Under the pieces are notes generated by a model. That model was not told the DNA's origin. It did no database searches and worked only from the letters and a program-made list of their open reading frames with translations. Made by a program: the position numbers and the translations under genes. 64,000 bases of DNA, from contig OZ024741.1 of NCBI GenBank assembly GCA_964016885.1, positions 104,842,001 through 104,906,000 of the forward strand. Reading direction: 5' to 3'. Source of the stretch: Eledone cirrhosa. Its lineage: Eukaryota. Below, piece by piece: positions 27,114 to 43,950 of this stretch. The first letter of the stretch is position 1. Each line of letters begins with the position of its first letter.

Positions 27114-27284
27114 CATGTATGTATGTATGTAGATATATATGTGTGTATGTGTGTGTATGTGTGTGTATGTGTGCGTGTGTGTGTGTGTGTGTGTGTCTGT
27201 GTCTGCGTGAGTGTGCCGGTATGTTAAACATATTCAGGCATTACCATCCATATATGTGCATATTCATGGTGGTCACCACTAAGA

Positions 27285-27360
<76 letters not shown>

Positions 27361-27709
27361 AAATATATAATCTATTCTTAGAGGTAGCAGGCAGCCCCCA
27401 TGAATATGCATATATGGTTACTTATGTCAAAATATTATTAAGATAGCGGCACATAAAATCTATACATATACACCTGACGTACACACACAGGTACACACAC
27501 AAACACATACATTCACAAACACATACATACACACACACACAGACAGAGAAATACGCAGTAAGAGGAGACATGGAGAAGTAAAGGGAGAAGAGAGAAATGA
27601 TTGAGACTGCTGTAGATTGAATGAGATGTGAAAGAAATGCCAGACATCTCATATTCATACCTAATCATACACATATGTATACATACACATATGTATACAT
27701 ATGTGTTAT

Positions 27710-27847
<138 letters not shown>

Positions 27848-27932
27848 AACATACAGTATATTACCAAATATACAATACATACATTCACATATATATATAT
27901 ATATATATCTGTGTGTGTGTAAGTGTGTGTAT

Positions 27933-27996
<64 letters not shown>

Positions 27997-28195
27997 GTAC
28001 ATACATACACACAAACCCGCCCACACTAATACGCCCACACAAAAATATACACAAGTGTGTATATGTATGTATGTGTGCATGTATATGGGGAGAGACACAT
28101 ATATGTGTGTGTGCGTAATCGTTCATACTATTGACCTCTATCTGTCAAAACAATGTTCAATTTCCTCTTTCTTTTCCGAATACATTCACATGTAT

Positions 28196-28233
<38 letters not shown>

Positions 28234-28234
<1 letters not shown>

Positions 28235-28468
28235 ACGAAGGAAATGTGGTAAGGAACCAGGTGGACCATAAAGCACCAAAGTACTCAATACTCAGGGTAG
28301 TAGAGTGGGTAATAGGAACCAGTAAGACCCCGACGGCTGAGCTCAAGCCGTTTCGACGGCTAATTCAGGACTAATTCCTGAATTAGCCGTCGAAACGGCT
28401 TGAGCTCAGCCGTCGGGGTCTTACTGGTTCCTATATATATATATATATATATATAGGAACCAGTAAGA

Positions 28469-28563
<95 letters not shown>

Positions 28564-28755
28564 CGAAGGAGATGTGGTAAGGAACCAGATCGACCATAAC
28601 GCGCCAGAGTACTCAATACTTAGGGTAGTAGAGTGGGTAATAGGAAAAAGTATGACCCCGACGGCAGAGCTCAAGCCGTTTCGAAAAAAATTCTAATTTA
28701 GTCCAGAAATAGCCGTCGAAACAGCTTGAGGTCTGCCGTCGGGGTCTTACTTTTT

Positions 28756-28760
<5 letters not shown>
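28234..28760. mobile_element. Two fold-back Naiad-pLTR fragments in (TA)n
   Basis: 28234-28432 is palindromic about ~28374 (inside hammerhead stem II); 28562-28760 is similar; homologous to 34984-35103 and 37340-37411; more pieces at 6600-6650 and 31255-31490. Confidence 0.8.
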
Positions 28761-28790
<30 letters not shown>

Positions 28791-28997
28791 TACGTTGGTC
28801 ATATATCTCTCTGCAACATCTTCATAAACATTCAAATCTACTTGTTTAACCTCATTGAATTGTCAACTGTTGGAAAGTACTCTCTTATCCCATGATCAAT
28901 ATGACTTCTCTACAGAGATAACTCCGACACTACCAGCTCTAATACCATCTCAACCAACTCTAATACCATCAAGATTAGCTATACATGTAAACCAATA

Positions 28998-29041
<44 letters not shown>

Positions 29042-29122
29042 TTATTTATATATATATATATATATACGCATGTGTGTGTGTGACTATTGCGCTTGCAGAC
29101 ACCGACACACACACACACATAC

Positions 29123-29204
<82 letters not shown>

Positions 29205-29466
29205 GTGTGTGTGTGTAGATAGATAGATGCAGAGAAAGGTAGTTTGATAGATAGTTGTATAGGTGTATGTGTGTATGTGGGAATATATTGTGTGTCTTTG
29301 AAAGGTACAAAGGAGAGATGAAGGAAATATATTGAATATATATATATTAAGCATTCATTCGAAGATGCCTCGAAGATCGTGGAGTATTGGTGTAGGCTTA
29401 GTGTGGTGACGGAGGAAAGTGTATGATATTTGACTGATTATATATGGATATATTGGATGGATACAT

Positions 29467-29499
<33 letters not shown>

Positions 29500-29515
29500 T
29501 ACATACATACATACA

Positions 29516-29618
<103 letters not shown>

Positions 29619-30122
29619 TACAGTCGGACGCTATAAAATAGCATGTAAAATAAAATAAATGGTTTTAGGAACGGAAATATTTGTCAGCGGCCGCTACAAG
29701 AGAGCAAGCCTCGCATCTCTCAGACACCGACTGACTGCTCTAACAATTGAGCCAAAGGACTTCTGACAACATCGTTCCGTCTAAATTAAGGAGTTGAAAC
29801 AGTAGTTTCTTCATTGAGACAATGTGCCAAAGATTTACTGGTCAATTTCCACAAAAACTGAGGTAATTCTATACGATCAGTTCGTGATGAAATATAGTTC
29901 AATGGTATATAGTCCGTTCGAAACCAGTATAGTCTTTGTTTATTCACATTGTTCAGTATCTGATAAGTTTTAAACGTTGACAGATTAGGCTTAGACAATG
30001 GAGGATTTAAATTTGTGTGCTTAGCTATAGATTCTTCCCCCAATTTTTCCCACCCTTTACTAATTAGGTATTTGATAAATGATCTCTTTTCTTTATACTT
30101 TCTAACCTCCATCCCCCCTCTA

Positions 30123-30238
<116 letters not shown>

Positions 30239-30841
30239 AAATGGTGAGCTGTGTTGTTGAAATTAAGTATAAGCAATGAAGAATTAGAAATAGAAGTTAG
30301 GAATATCTGTCATCAGTGGTCTACTAGCCATCATAGGTATTTCTTCGCATTACAGACAATATACCTCCAGCTAGGGCGATACAATAACTAAAATAAGTTA
30401 TTGGGATAAAAAGAGTTGGGTGGAGAAAGAGAGACATGTAAATAAACACGAATGGTGAGGCAACGTAAAGAGAAGAAAAAAATGGAAACAATCAAGTCAA
30501 TAATTCATTTCGAACATAAGAACGGGCAAATATTGACGAGAAGGTAAAGACACATCTTGGCCGTACGGATGTGAGCGAGGAAAAGGATCTCGTACGGTGT
30601 GGCACGATGGAGGAAGTGAGAGAGAGGGTGAGTAGCAGAGAGTGAGTGAGTGAAAGTGCGAGGTAGAGGCTAGCCGACAGAGGGTGACTAGCAGAGGAGG
30701 TGAGTGAAAGTAAGAGGGAGAAGGAGAGAGAAGGGGGCGAGAGAAAGAGAATAGCAGTAAGGAAAGAGAAAAAAGACAGGTCACAGCGAAGGGGAAAGCA
30801 TATATGAATAAAAAATGGCGAGCTGTGTTGTTGCAATTAAG

Positions 30842-30901
<60 letters not shown>

Positions 30902-30936
30902 TGTATGTATGTACACACACACATATATATACATAC

Positions 30937-31012
<76 letters not shown>

Positions 31013-31407
31013 ATACTTTGGGAGGGTCATGTTGCCAATAAGAAACACACGCACCAGTTGCTTTCACTTCAATTTATTATAATAAATTTATAAATTTAGG
31101 AATTTACAAATTTCCGGTTGGTTGGTTGGTTCCACAACCAGATGATTGTTCATATACCGTCAAAGTTCCTTCGTCACACATTCCGTTACCACCTCAGTGA
31201 CTGGGGATTCTTTTCTTTGTTTTTTGTGCATCTCCTTTGTTCTGTCCTACGCCATCAAGCTGTCGAAACGGCCGGATCTCAGCCGTTGGGGTCCTGACTC
31301 TTTTCCTATATATATATATAAATATATATATATATAAATATATATATATATCGGAAAATGTATGACCCCGACGGCAGAGCTCAAGCCGTTTCGATGGCTA
31401 TTTCTGG

Positions 31408-31438
<31 letters not shown>

Positions 31439-31671
31439 AGAGTCAGAACCCCGGCAGCTGAGATCTTGCCATTTCAACAGCTAGTTCTCTAGGAGTCCTG
31501 ACTCTATATAATATAATCATACTCTACTACTCCATGTATCGAGTACTCTGATGAGTAACAATCTAACCAGTTTCAAACTGAATCCATCCTGATTTATATA
31601 CAGGCTGAATGAGTTGGGGCCCAGAACCCATCAAAACTTAAGTATCTGTTTATGTCACTGTTGTAATTATA

Positions 31672-32137
31672 TCTATATTACTAAAACAGAAAATGTCTGT
31701 TTGTCTATCTGTCCAATCACTAAAACTCGAGAACCACCCAACCGAGATTTTTCAAACTTTACACATGTAATAATTATGGTCCCGTGCGTGTTTTGAGCAA
31801 AAACGATTTCAAAATTTCAATGCCCTAGCCACTGCATTAGGCGATTTAGATATAACGTCGCGCCCTTATAATATCTGTCTGTATTCCTGACTGTCTGCAT
31901 TCCGTCATTATGGTGCGATCAGTGTGTGTGTGTGTATATATGTATATATAGTGTATATATATATATATATATTCTTATGCCAAGGAACGTCTTCACGAAC
32001 CAAAGTATCGTCTTCCTTCGGTTGCAACGTTTTTTGAAATATTTACATCTGCGTTCACAGATTGATTTTTTAAATTTTAGTTTCAGAAGATCCCGTTAAG
32101 GGTGAAAGCAGCGATTCTTTGCTTAAACTTTAATCTG

Positions 32138-32140
<3 letters not shown>
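31672..32140 (+). mobile_element. Non-autonomous Helitron 5' part
   Basis: A|TCTATATTACTAAAAC..tgtctgtttgtctatctgtc start resembles the 5' end of the 56697-57573 Helitron; no CTAG end found. Confidence 0.55.
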
Positions 32141-32182
<42 letters not shown>

Positions 32183-32196
<14 letters not shown>

Positions 32197-32434
32197 TAAA
32201 CGGAAAAGAAGATTAGAGCAAACATCACGGACGCTCTATCTCAAAATTATTTTTGAAAAGCATTAGAAATGCGCAACCGGTAATACTTAAAACCAAAACT
32301 GAATACTAACCAATACTATTACTAATTCTCACTTATTCACTAATTAAACTATTTTTCACTGTGAACAATTTGTCAGCATTTTCTTTTCCCTTTACCAATA
32401 TATCATAACTTGTGTGTTACACCTCTATTCTTTT

Positions 32435-32437
<3 letters not shown>
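32183..32437 (+). mobile_element. Family D copy with a short inverted 3' tip at its 5' end
   Basis: attggtaaacggaaaagaa (inverted) joined to forward body; hammerhead-like motif at 32250-32285. Confidence 0.75.
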
Positions 32438-32514
<77 letters not shown>

Positions 32515-32663
32515 GTGTACATAAACAAAAGTATTTATTTCGCGATAAAGTATTGATTTTCTTCGCACGAAAAAAAACCCTGGGAATGTACAACAAAATT
32601 TTTTTATAAGCACAAAATGTAGACACCATCCCGAGGCCGAGGTATTCCGTACTTCTCTGTACT

Positions 32664-32741
<78 letters not shown>

Positions 32742-32783
32742 TATAGGTAAATTCATGAGAAATTAACTGTACTTACTTCAGAT

Positions 32784-32855
32784 GTTCCGACCATGGTTTC
32801 GTTGTGCAAGATCGATAACAGGCAGCCAAAATAGCAAGGACGATTCTTCAGGGAC
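32784..32855 (-). ncRNA. Type I hammerhead with decayed stem II
   Basis: GTCC CTGAAGA ... GAAA CCATGG TC GGAAC; palindromic ACCATGGT. Confidence 0.6.
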
Positions 32856-33692
32856 TTTCACTGAATACGAGGAAGGATCTTCAAATGACCCTCTACATAT
32901 GATTTTTTTTTCAAATGGGAAAACAATATGAAGAATAGTAATAGATGGGCAGGTGGCAAGTTAGAAGGGTGCTAGAAATAGCCCCCCTTCCAGCTTACAG
33001 TTTTACTTGACCTAGCAGTATAGAAAAATTGTTATATATTTGCGCGTGCGTGTGTGTATGCAAAAAATAAACATAAACAACAAAGCAAACGACACATTAC
33101 AATGAAAAAATGTATTAGTTTAATGCTTGATATAGTAGGAAAAGTGTCTTAACGTATCAGACGCTAGACCTTCCACAGAAGATAAAATGAGAAATAAAAG
33201 ATGAAATAAAAAGATAAAGAGAAGTGGAAGGAATGGAAAAAAATTATTTGAAAAAAAGCACATGAGTATTCAGTCCCAGCATCGCTAAAATATAGTACTA
33301 GTTTTGTATTGGGTTCTATCTAATCTATCTCACTACCACTCAAACTACCACAAACACACACAAATAAATTATCTGATCTGTATATAAATTAGAAACCATT
33401 AATTAGATTTCAGTTATATTTTCTTTAGCCAAGTTAAATCCTTTCATGAATGGAAACCCAAAATCATTTCCTATATATACTTTCGTTTGAATAACACTTA
33501 TAATTATCAAATGGATTAGAGAAATTATATCTCAGTTTGTCAACTAAGAAACAAGTTGAAATCTGTTCTTAGAAAAGAACTGTCATTGGTAAGATATTTC
33601 AAAAACGACATAACGTAAGAAGCAAAAGAGATTATCTTTATCTACGAAATGTTCAATAACTAACAACTTTTAATTCCGTTAATGAATAAATA

Positions 33693-33860
33693 GGTGCAGA
33701 TATGATTGTGTGGGTAAGGAATTTACTTCACAACCATCTTGCTTCAGGTTCAGTTACACTTGATAGCACCCAGGGCAAATGTCTTCTACTATAGCCTCGG
33801 GTTGACCAATACCTTGTGGGTGGAATTTTGTCGACGAAAACCGAGGAAGTGCGAGCGTGT
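33693..33860 (+). mobile_element. tRNA-derived SINE (second family)
   Basis: ggttcagtt..gcacccagggcaaatgtcttctactatagcctcgggttgaccaa; second copy at 63250-63410. Confidence 0.75.
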
Positions 33861-34700
33861 GCTTCGCATCGTTGTGTGTTTGTATTCCAGGTCAGGTTTG
33901 TTGGAGATAGAGGTCAGACATAGTTTTTCCTGATTATACTGATTATATGTTAATGACATATCAATTACATAATAATGGGGTAGTGATGGCTGCAGAATAA
34001 TATGAAAATTACGCAATACGACGGCTGATGCCTGATAACGCCCGTAACACCCATACCAGTGATTGGAACAGGTTGGTTGTTGTTATACAATACCAGTTAC
34101 AAACACAAGAGTTCCAACTAGAGTAAAATAAGAGAAAACAAACAACAGTTTACAATTTTACCTTGTATTTCATGATATTTCGGAGGTAAAACCTCTTTTC
34201 AATGTATGTTTGGAATAAATAAGGCTTTTACGGAGTTTTCCCAAAGTAGTAAATATTTTTCTTGTAGAGTATGCCCAATTGATAGGAATGTGCAATATTA
34301 TAGAATGTGAAAAACCATAGTATACACATTTATTCTGAGTAATCTCGATTGTAATATCAAAATAAAGCTTCAGTGTTTTGTTCAATTTTTGAACGCCCAT
34401 TTAAAATTGCTGAAATATTGTTTATATTTCTCAATTATAAATTAACACAGGTATTTTTGACTTTTAATTATAGCAACTGATAAGAATAGATTGTAATTAA
34501 TATAAAGCCCATTGAGAATTCTTAAATCTACCTCTAAATATTGTTTACATTGAAGCCTATTCAATAAACTGATAGCATTTTAACGGCTTCTAGTAACATG
34601 TATCAGAACGTTTTAATGAGGTAAACATTGAAAACAACTCAATAGTCACTCTATACACACATACATACACACACATACCCCCACACACACATATCAATAT

Positions 34701-34749
<49 letters not shown>

Positions 34750-34910
34750 GATATAATATAATATATGATCAATACTTTGGTGCACAGAAATATATATCTT
34801 TATCTTCTTCCATATTTATTTGGAGAACGAAAAAGCCGCCGCAACAAATGATATGTTTACATAGCTTGGCTTACTGATTAAAACTTGCTCTGATTTTAGA
34901 CAGACATAGA

Positions 34911-37562
<2,652 letters not shown>

Positions 37563-37754
37563 AATGTATATATATATATATATGTATATATATAAATATA
37601 TATATATATAAAGAGAGAGAGAGAGAAAGAAAGAGAGAGATACCACCCATGTAATATCCGTTCGTTATGCTATCTATACACAGAGAGGGAAACACTACAC
37701 CTCTCACTCAACCAACCTCCCCCTCTCTATTTAACTAAAACATATATATATATA

Positions 37755-37792
<38 letters not shown>

Positions 37793-37799
37793 GTCTTGG

Positions 37800-38227
37800 A
37801 TATCTAGCGATATACGGTATATTTACGAATTAACATTTGAGAGGCTTTAGCTATAAATTTTGGAAGCTGATGACAGAGCCATCAGGCGGATTTCAGTAGA
37901 AGCAGAGGCGAATGACTGTCAACAATCATCGTTTCTGACTCTGGTCATTATCAAGACAACGCCCCCTCATCCTGATCTCTGCTGGAACTCAATATAAGCG
38001 AATACAGATAGTTTTGACGCCTATGTTGAATTCCAGCAGTGAGCAGAATGAGGGAGCACTGTCTTCATAACCACCAGAGTCAGAAGCGATGGCCGTCGAC
38101 AGTTACCTGCCCCTGCTTCTGCTGCAATCCATCTGATGACTCTACGTTATCAGCCAGCCTCCTCCAAAATTCGTATTTAAAGGATTTCAAATGTTTATTC
38201 GTAAACATACCGTATATTGCTAGATAT
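37800..38227. repeat. ~430-bp element with ~40-bp terminal inverted repeats (MITE or fold-back)
   Basis: atatctagcgatatacggtatatttacgaattaacatttga versus tcaaatgtttattcgtaaacataccgtatattgctagatat. Confidence 0.65.
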
Positions 38228-38285
38228 ACAAAATACACATATTTATATGCATACAGCTATGTCGGAGCAAAAAACCTTAATTATA

Positions 38286-38346
<61 letters not shown>

Positions 38347-38361
38347 ATTATTATTATTATT

Positions 38362-38566
38362 ATTGTGGCTTTTTAATGGGCTTTCTCCACGAATGTTCCT
38401 CGGAAGTCTCCCCCCTATTGGGGAATTTTTTCATTGTTCTATTATTACATCCTCTGTTTTTTGGGGTTTTTTACACGCAGAAATGCCCTTTTGTACCGTC
38501 CTGTATTGTCCTGTACGGTCCTTAATGTCTACTTTGTGTAAACCTTTGTGGTTAATAAAGAAAGCA
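38362..38566 (+). mobile_element. 5'-truncated 3' UTR copy of the Tx1/L1-type LINE in (TTA)n
   Basis: Homologous to 49828-50041; (TTA)n on both sides. Confidence 0.9.
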
Positions 38567-38581
38567 TTATTATTATTATTG

Positions 38582-41500
38582 TTCTTTGAGTCTCAGTCAT
38601 TGATGTTATTTAACTGGAAAGTTTGTTGAAATGAATATCAAGCCGCTACCTGCAGCCTCAGATATTCAGGACGTATCGGAGGGTTCTTGCTGTTCCCAGC
38701 AAGCATTCCTTTTGAAGTGTTCCAAAAAGCGGGGCGGGACCAATTTTCTTTAACCACCCTTGGAAACTCTTTGAGATAGTACCTAGTGCGCCTATGACAA
38801 TCGGAACCACTTTGACTTCATGGCAGTTCCAAATCCTTTTTACCTCCCACTTTAAGTCCTGGTATCGGTTAATTTTCTCCCTCTCCTTCTCTTGCACTCT
38901 TGTGTCGAATGGGCAGGCTACATCCACAATCAGGCACGATCTTTTTTCTTTGTCCACCAGGTCAGGTCTATTGTCTTCCAGTTTCTTGTCCGTCTGTATC
39001 CTAAAATCCCACAGCACCTTCACCTGATCGTTTTCCATCACCGACTCTGGCTTATGCTCATACCACTTCTCAGAATGTGGTAAATTGTTTACTTTGCATA
39101 GGTGCCAGTGGATCACCCTGCCCATCACATCATGTCTCCAGCCTTTATAGTGAGTCTGGGCTAGGTGTTTACACTCGGATACAATGTGATCCACAGTCTC
39201 CTCTCTCTCTCCACAGATCCTACACAGTGGGCTAGCCTCCTCGTTGTAAATATGGTGTTTCAGCCACTTCGTTTTGAGGGCCTGCCCTTGCGCAGCCATT
39301 AGCATTCCTTCTGTAGCCTTTTTAAGGTCTCATCTTTTCAACCAGTTCCATGTCTGTGGATCTCTAAATTCAGTTTTCTCAAAGAAGGTACTATGAAGGG
39401 ATTTTCCCTGAAGGCTGCTCTTTCTCCTTGTTGTTATTTCCTCCTTGGACATCCCTGGTCTATTGTCTTCCTCTTCAGTACAATTCTGAGCATTGGCTCC
39501 CTACTATCAGTCACGTATTTGTGTAGGTTGTTTTTCTCCATCTGAACACAGTGCTCTATGCTGATAGCAGTGTTAGTTATAGAGTAGTCGCCACTTTAAC
39601 AGGGTAGATTATTAAGTAGTCGTGGTCAGTGTGGTAAGTGATAGTATCCTCGTTGGGTTATCTTGTTGACATAGACGTGAGGGAAGGCCCCTCGATCTAT
39701 TTACAATATTCCTTTCGTCAGGTCGCCAATTCCAGCAGCATGGATTATAGATGTTATTGAGACACGAGTAACATAAAAATGATTTCAACAGCAGAAATTA
39801 GAGATGAAATGTATGTTTATTTTTGATGTAGCACAAACAATGTTTGTTAACTTATATGGTTGAAGTTACAGATAAGAAGAGGTTACAAAAGGGAATGTGC
39901 CATTGCGCCGTTAAGCCGGCGAGGCTAGGGTGCAAATCTCACCGTTACATTATGCGTGTTGCTGGCTTGAAGTTTCTGGTACAAGAGAGAGATTCTTCAA
40001 ATCTTCGCGGGGAATTTCTTCCTCAGGGCGCGTAGGGATACATCCTCTTCTACTGGCGCTGATTGGCTGAACTGAGCCAAATCACGCACAGAGAATGTAT
40101 GTGAGCCCGCGGAATGTAGGTCACTACATCACCTCCGACCAGATTTTCAGCCGAAAATCGATAACGAAGAAACCAAGGACCCACATATTATTGAATCAGC
40201 AAGAACAAATGCTGAAAGAGCACATCAGTGAAAAAATAATTGAGCAGAAAGATTCATGCAAGAACAAAAAAAAAATTAGGCGCGACGGGCCGTGTTGAGC
40301 CGCTGTCAAATGACTAGCTGTTTTGTAGTTTAAACGAGACCCCCAAGGGCCTACCAGAAAACAGATAAAGTCTGACATGGGCGAAGTTGCTGTTCTTGCA
40401 TTAAATGTTAATGGTAAGTGTTGTACCAGTAGCTGTGAACGAAGCTATTATGGTAGTTTACCAGTGCTGGCGAGAAAATGATGGCCCCCAGATGTATTGT
40501 CGAATGTGCTGTGGAGCCAGGAAAAAATGGCTGGTTGCTTTGTAAAGAAAAAAAAAGCAAGTTTAGTCTGTAGGTGGGTTGCAGTGTAAATTCCATAATT
40601 CGGGCGAATCCACAGAAGTGGCCGAAATGCTGACAAGTCCAGTTCAATTTGTTGCTTTCCCAGCGAGTCGGGCAAAAATAACAAGACAGATGGCCGTCAT
40701 GGACGATTAGTGTGCAACGAGATGCGAAGCTGTTTGAGTTCAGCTGCAATTAGTATTCTCGTGTTGCGGTGCCTATTTGAATCCAGTGGAGTAAGCTCTG
40801 TGAGCTGCTAGCATGGGTGCAAATCTCACCGTTACATTATGCGTGTTGCTGGCTTGAAGTTTCTGGTACAAGAGAGAGATTCTTCAAATCTTCGCGGGGA
40901 ATTTCTTCTTCAGGGCGCGTAGGGATACATCCTCTTCTACTGGCGCTGATTGGCTGAACTGAGCCAAATCACGCACAGAGAATGTATGTGAGCCCGCGGA
41001 ATGTAGGTCACTACAACCTCTTCCACCTTCAGATCTCCTTAAGTAGAGTCTATCGACATCACTCCTCTTGTGGAACATGTTGTAGAAAGTCAATAGCTTC
41101 CTATACTTCCTATCCATTTCTTTTTGTTCAGCAACATTCCATCTCAGAATTCCCGCACTGTACCTAATAATAGACACAGCTCCGGAATTCACTGCACTTA
41201 TGGCATTCCTACTACTTAGATGTGATTTTAATACGCTCCTTACTCTCCGAATGTATTCAGATCTTATCAATTCCTTCATTTTTTTGTTCTTGATGTCATC
41301 AGCCTCCAGCACACCTACATATTTGTATCCTTCTTCAGTGTCAATTTCCTTTATCATCTCACCTGTTGGTACCTGGATTCCGTTGCTTCTGCTCAATTTA
41401 TCCCACTTCATCACAAGGACTCCACACTTACTAATACCAAATTGCGTACATATATCATTGCTTAAAATACGGACAGTGTCAACAAGTATATCCAACTCCT

Positions 41501-43560
41501 TCTCACTCTTCCCGAAGCGCTTAAGATCGTCCATGAAGAGGAGGTGATTGATGATAGGCTCTCGCTTTCACAACTTGTATCCTGCTCTCACTTTTCGCAG
41601 TATAATGGTCAGGGGTATCTTCACGACTTCTAAAGATTCTCCAGCCGATGTTAAATCTGTTTCCCAGGACTTCATACTTTTGCTCAACAACTGTCTGATG
41701 TTATCTGCCACCTTGAAGATCTCTAGGCTTTTGGTGATCCAAGAATGAGGCACCATGTCAAATGCCTTTTTGTAGTCTATCCATCCCATGGCAAGACCAG
41801 TGTATCTCTTCCTGCAATTCCTCATTACCATCTTATCAATAAGTAATTGGTCCTTTGTACCACGGGACTTCTTTCTGCATCCTTTCTGTTCGTCTGGTAA
41901 CAAGTTGTTTATGTGGAGGTGATGGTAGATTTCCTCAGACACAATGCTTGTTAACAGTTTCCACATTACGGACAGACATGTGATAGGTCTATAGTTGGTA
42001 ACATCATTACCCTTAATTCGGTCTTTCATTACCAGAACTGTGGTACCTTTTGTGAACCACCCTGGTACCTCACCTGACATCAAGCAGTCATTGAACATGG
42101 TTGTCAGTTTCGGGTGGAGAGATGTTATATTTTTAATCCAATACCCCTGCACACCATCTGGGCCTGGTGATTCCAGTTGGTTAGTTTTTTGGCCTGCCCC
42201 TTAAGAGTTTCAACTGTGATACTCAAATCAGTTTGTTGGTGTGCCTGTTCACTAATCTCCTTTTGTACTGTCTCAATCCACACTGCCTGATCATTATGTT
42301 TAACATCCTTCTCCCATATTCCTCTCCAGAATGTCTTAATTTGTTCCGCCTCAGGGATCAAGTCGTTGCCTCTTTCTTTCCCTTCAAGCTGTCCAAACAA
42401 CATCTTCTGGTTGTTGTCAAACATGCGGTTCTGTCTATACTGACTGACTCTGCTCTCGTATCGCCTAATCTTTGCACTCTTTGCTACAATGCGTTGCTTC
42501 AGTTCCTCTATGATAATATTTAGCTTTTTCATCCTAGTTTTGTACTTTATTTCCAGTCTATTTTTAGTGTCTATGTTTTTTAATGTCCCATTCAGTAGGG
42601 ACTCAAGCTTTCCAATGTCATTTCTCATTTCCCTGATTTGACCACTCAGTCGTTTCTTCCACCAAGGTTCTGATATTTCTTGTTTGTTGTTTTCTCTCGC
42701 TTTTATGCCAAGTAATTTCCTCACCGCATTTAATGTTGTTTTGAGGATATTGTTGCACTGGTGAAGGCTCCTTGCCTCAAGGTATGGGATGACTTTGTTT
42801 ACCTTAGCTGTTGTTTCTTTTAACTTTTTCCTGTCTACAAATCTTAGGTTCATAGGTTTCCCACTATCATTGTTCATTTCATCTACCACTAAGTTTAGGA
42901 TATCAACCAAATCTTGTCCTAGCCCGTCAGCATTCATTTCCTCAATGGCCGTATCTTTGTTCCAGGTATTATTTATTTCAGCATTCAGATCATTGTCTGC
43001 TTCGGATGCTTCCTCCGTTCTCTCAACCTCTTCATCTTCATCTCCCACTGGCTTGTTTCCCTGGCATACTCCACTCTCCATTTCCAACCTAATCTCTCTG
43101 CTCAGTTCCTCCAGTTCCAGCTCGCTTATCCACCCATTAGTTCTTATTAGCCGAGCCTGCCCGGCCAATTTTTGTTCATCTAATTTAAATAGACCAATCT
43201 CGTTCCAGATGTTATGCATCCGTTTCCTATAGCCTTTTTCCTTGGGGTTACTCTTCAAGTAACATTGCATAACAGTTCTATTCAATTCTTTCGTCCAGTT
43301 GGTTCTGGTCCCTTTCCTTCTTCTTCCTCCAACACCAGCAGTATTTGGATGACAGCCAGGTCCCTGCTGCTGGGCCAGGGAGCACCTGCTGGATGAGAGT
43401 CTGTCACATGGCATTCCAGTCTCCACTTCACCGTTATTCGAACTGTTTAGGTTCGACATTTAAACACTCATATCGAGGATTGGTGAATGTATGGTTACAT
43501 AACTACCTGTGATTTCATCACCCCCGGTGGTTTTAGCGTGGCATTAGCACGCTGTAGACG
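38582..43560 (-). mobile_element. R4/Dong-type non-LTR retrotransposon (single ORF: RT + CCHC + restriction-like endonuclease), disrupted
   Basis: ORF pieces 42125-43459, 41568-42152, 40884-41534, 38658-39305: NYRPITCL, WIDYKKAFD, FMDD, YKYVG, CRIC..H..C, RHD, RPD..D..EK..Y..L; 3' end abuts (TAA)n. Confidence 0.92.
39571..41015 (-). mobile_element. Internally deleted LTR retrotransposon nested in the Dong-type ORF (3' LTR 39571-40128; truncated 5' LTR 40816-41015)
   Basis: ~200-bp direct repeat starting TGTAGTG on the minus strand, LTR ends CTAACA, TATA-like and AATAAA inside, purine-rich tract before the 3' LTR; splits EGGRG|..SIEHC; no clear TSD. Confidence 0.75.
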
Positions 43561-43864
43561 AACATAAATAAATTAACAAATAAATAGATAAAAACTTTAA
43601 AAAATAAAAATAAACATAAGTTTCATTGTAATGTTTGAATGTCTGACTTAGTTTTTTGTTTGTTTGTTTGTTTTTTCCTTTGCGTTTTTCGTTTTACAAG
43701 GCCAGTAACATCGGTTACTAGTGTTGTTGTTGCTGCTGCTGCTAAGGCAAGTATGGGTTGTTGTGTTCAAAACTTTTGAAATTCGTGTTTGTTGTTGCGT
43801 TTGCTTCTGTCTGTGTTCTGTTCTATAATTTTTCGACTTATTGGTTATCATTATTATTTTTTTT

Positions 43865-43950
43865 CCTTTCATCCCTTCGAGGCCGACACAACAAAGCACC
43901 TGCAACACACCGGGACAATTGCTGGCCCCGCGCCAAAAGCAGAAACAATT
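43865..43950 (+). mobile_element. Nin-domain SINE 3' part, T>C hypermutated
   Basis: Aligns without gaps to a by-eye consensus of the other in-window copies, with 13 T>C changes. Confidence 0.85.

Noticed and set aside
29786-30112. 108-aa minus-strand ORF
   Set aside because: No identifiable motif; possibly decayed transposon sequence
43460-43560. HDV-like ribozyme at the Dong 5' end
   Set aside because: Only a simple hairpin (agcgtg/cacgct) is visible; no P1.1/P3 pseudoknot could be built
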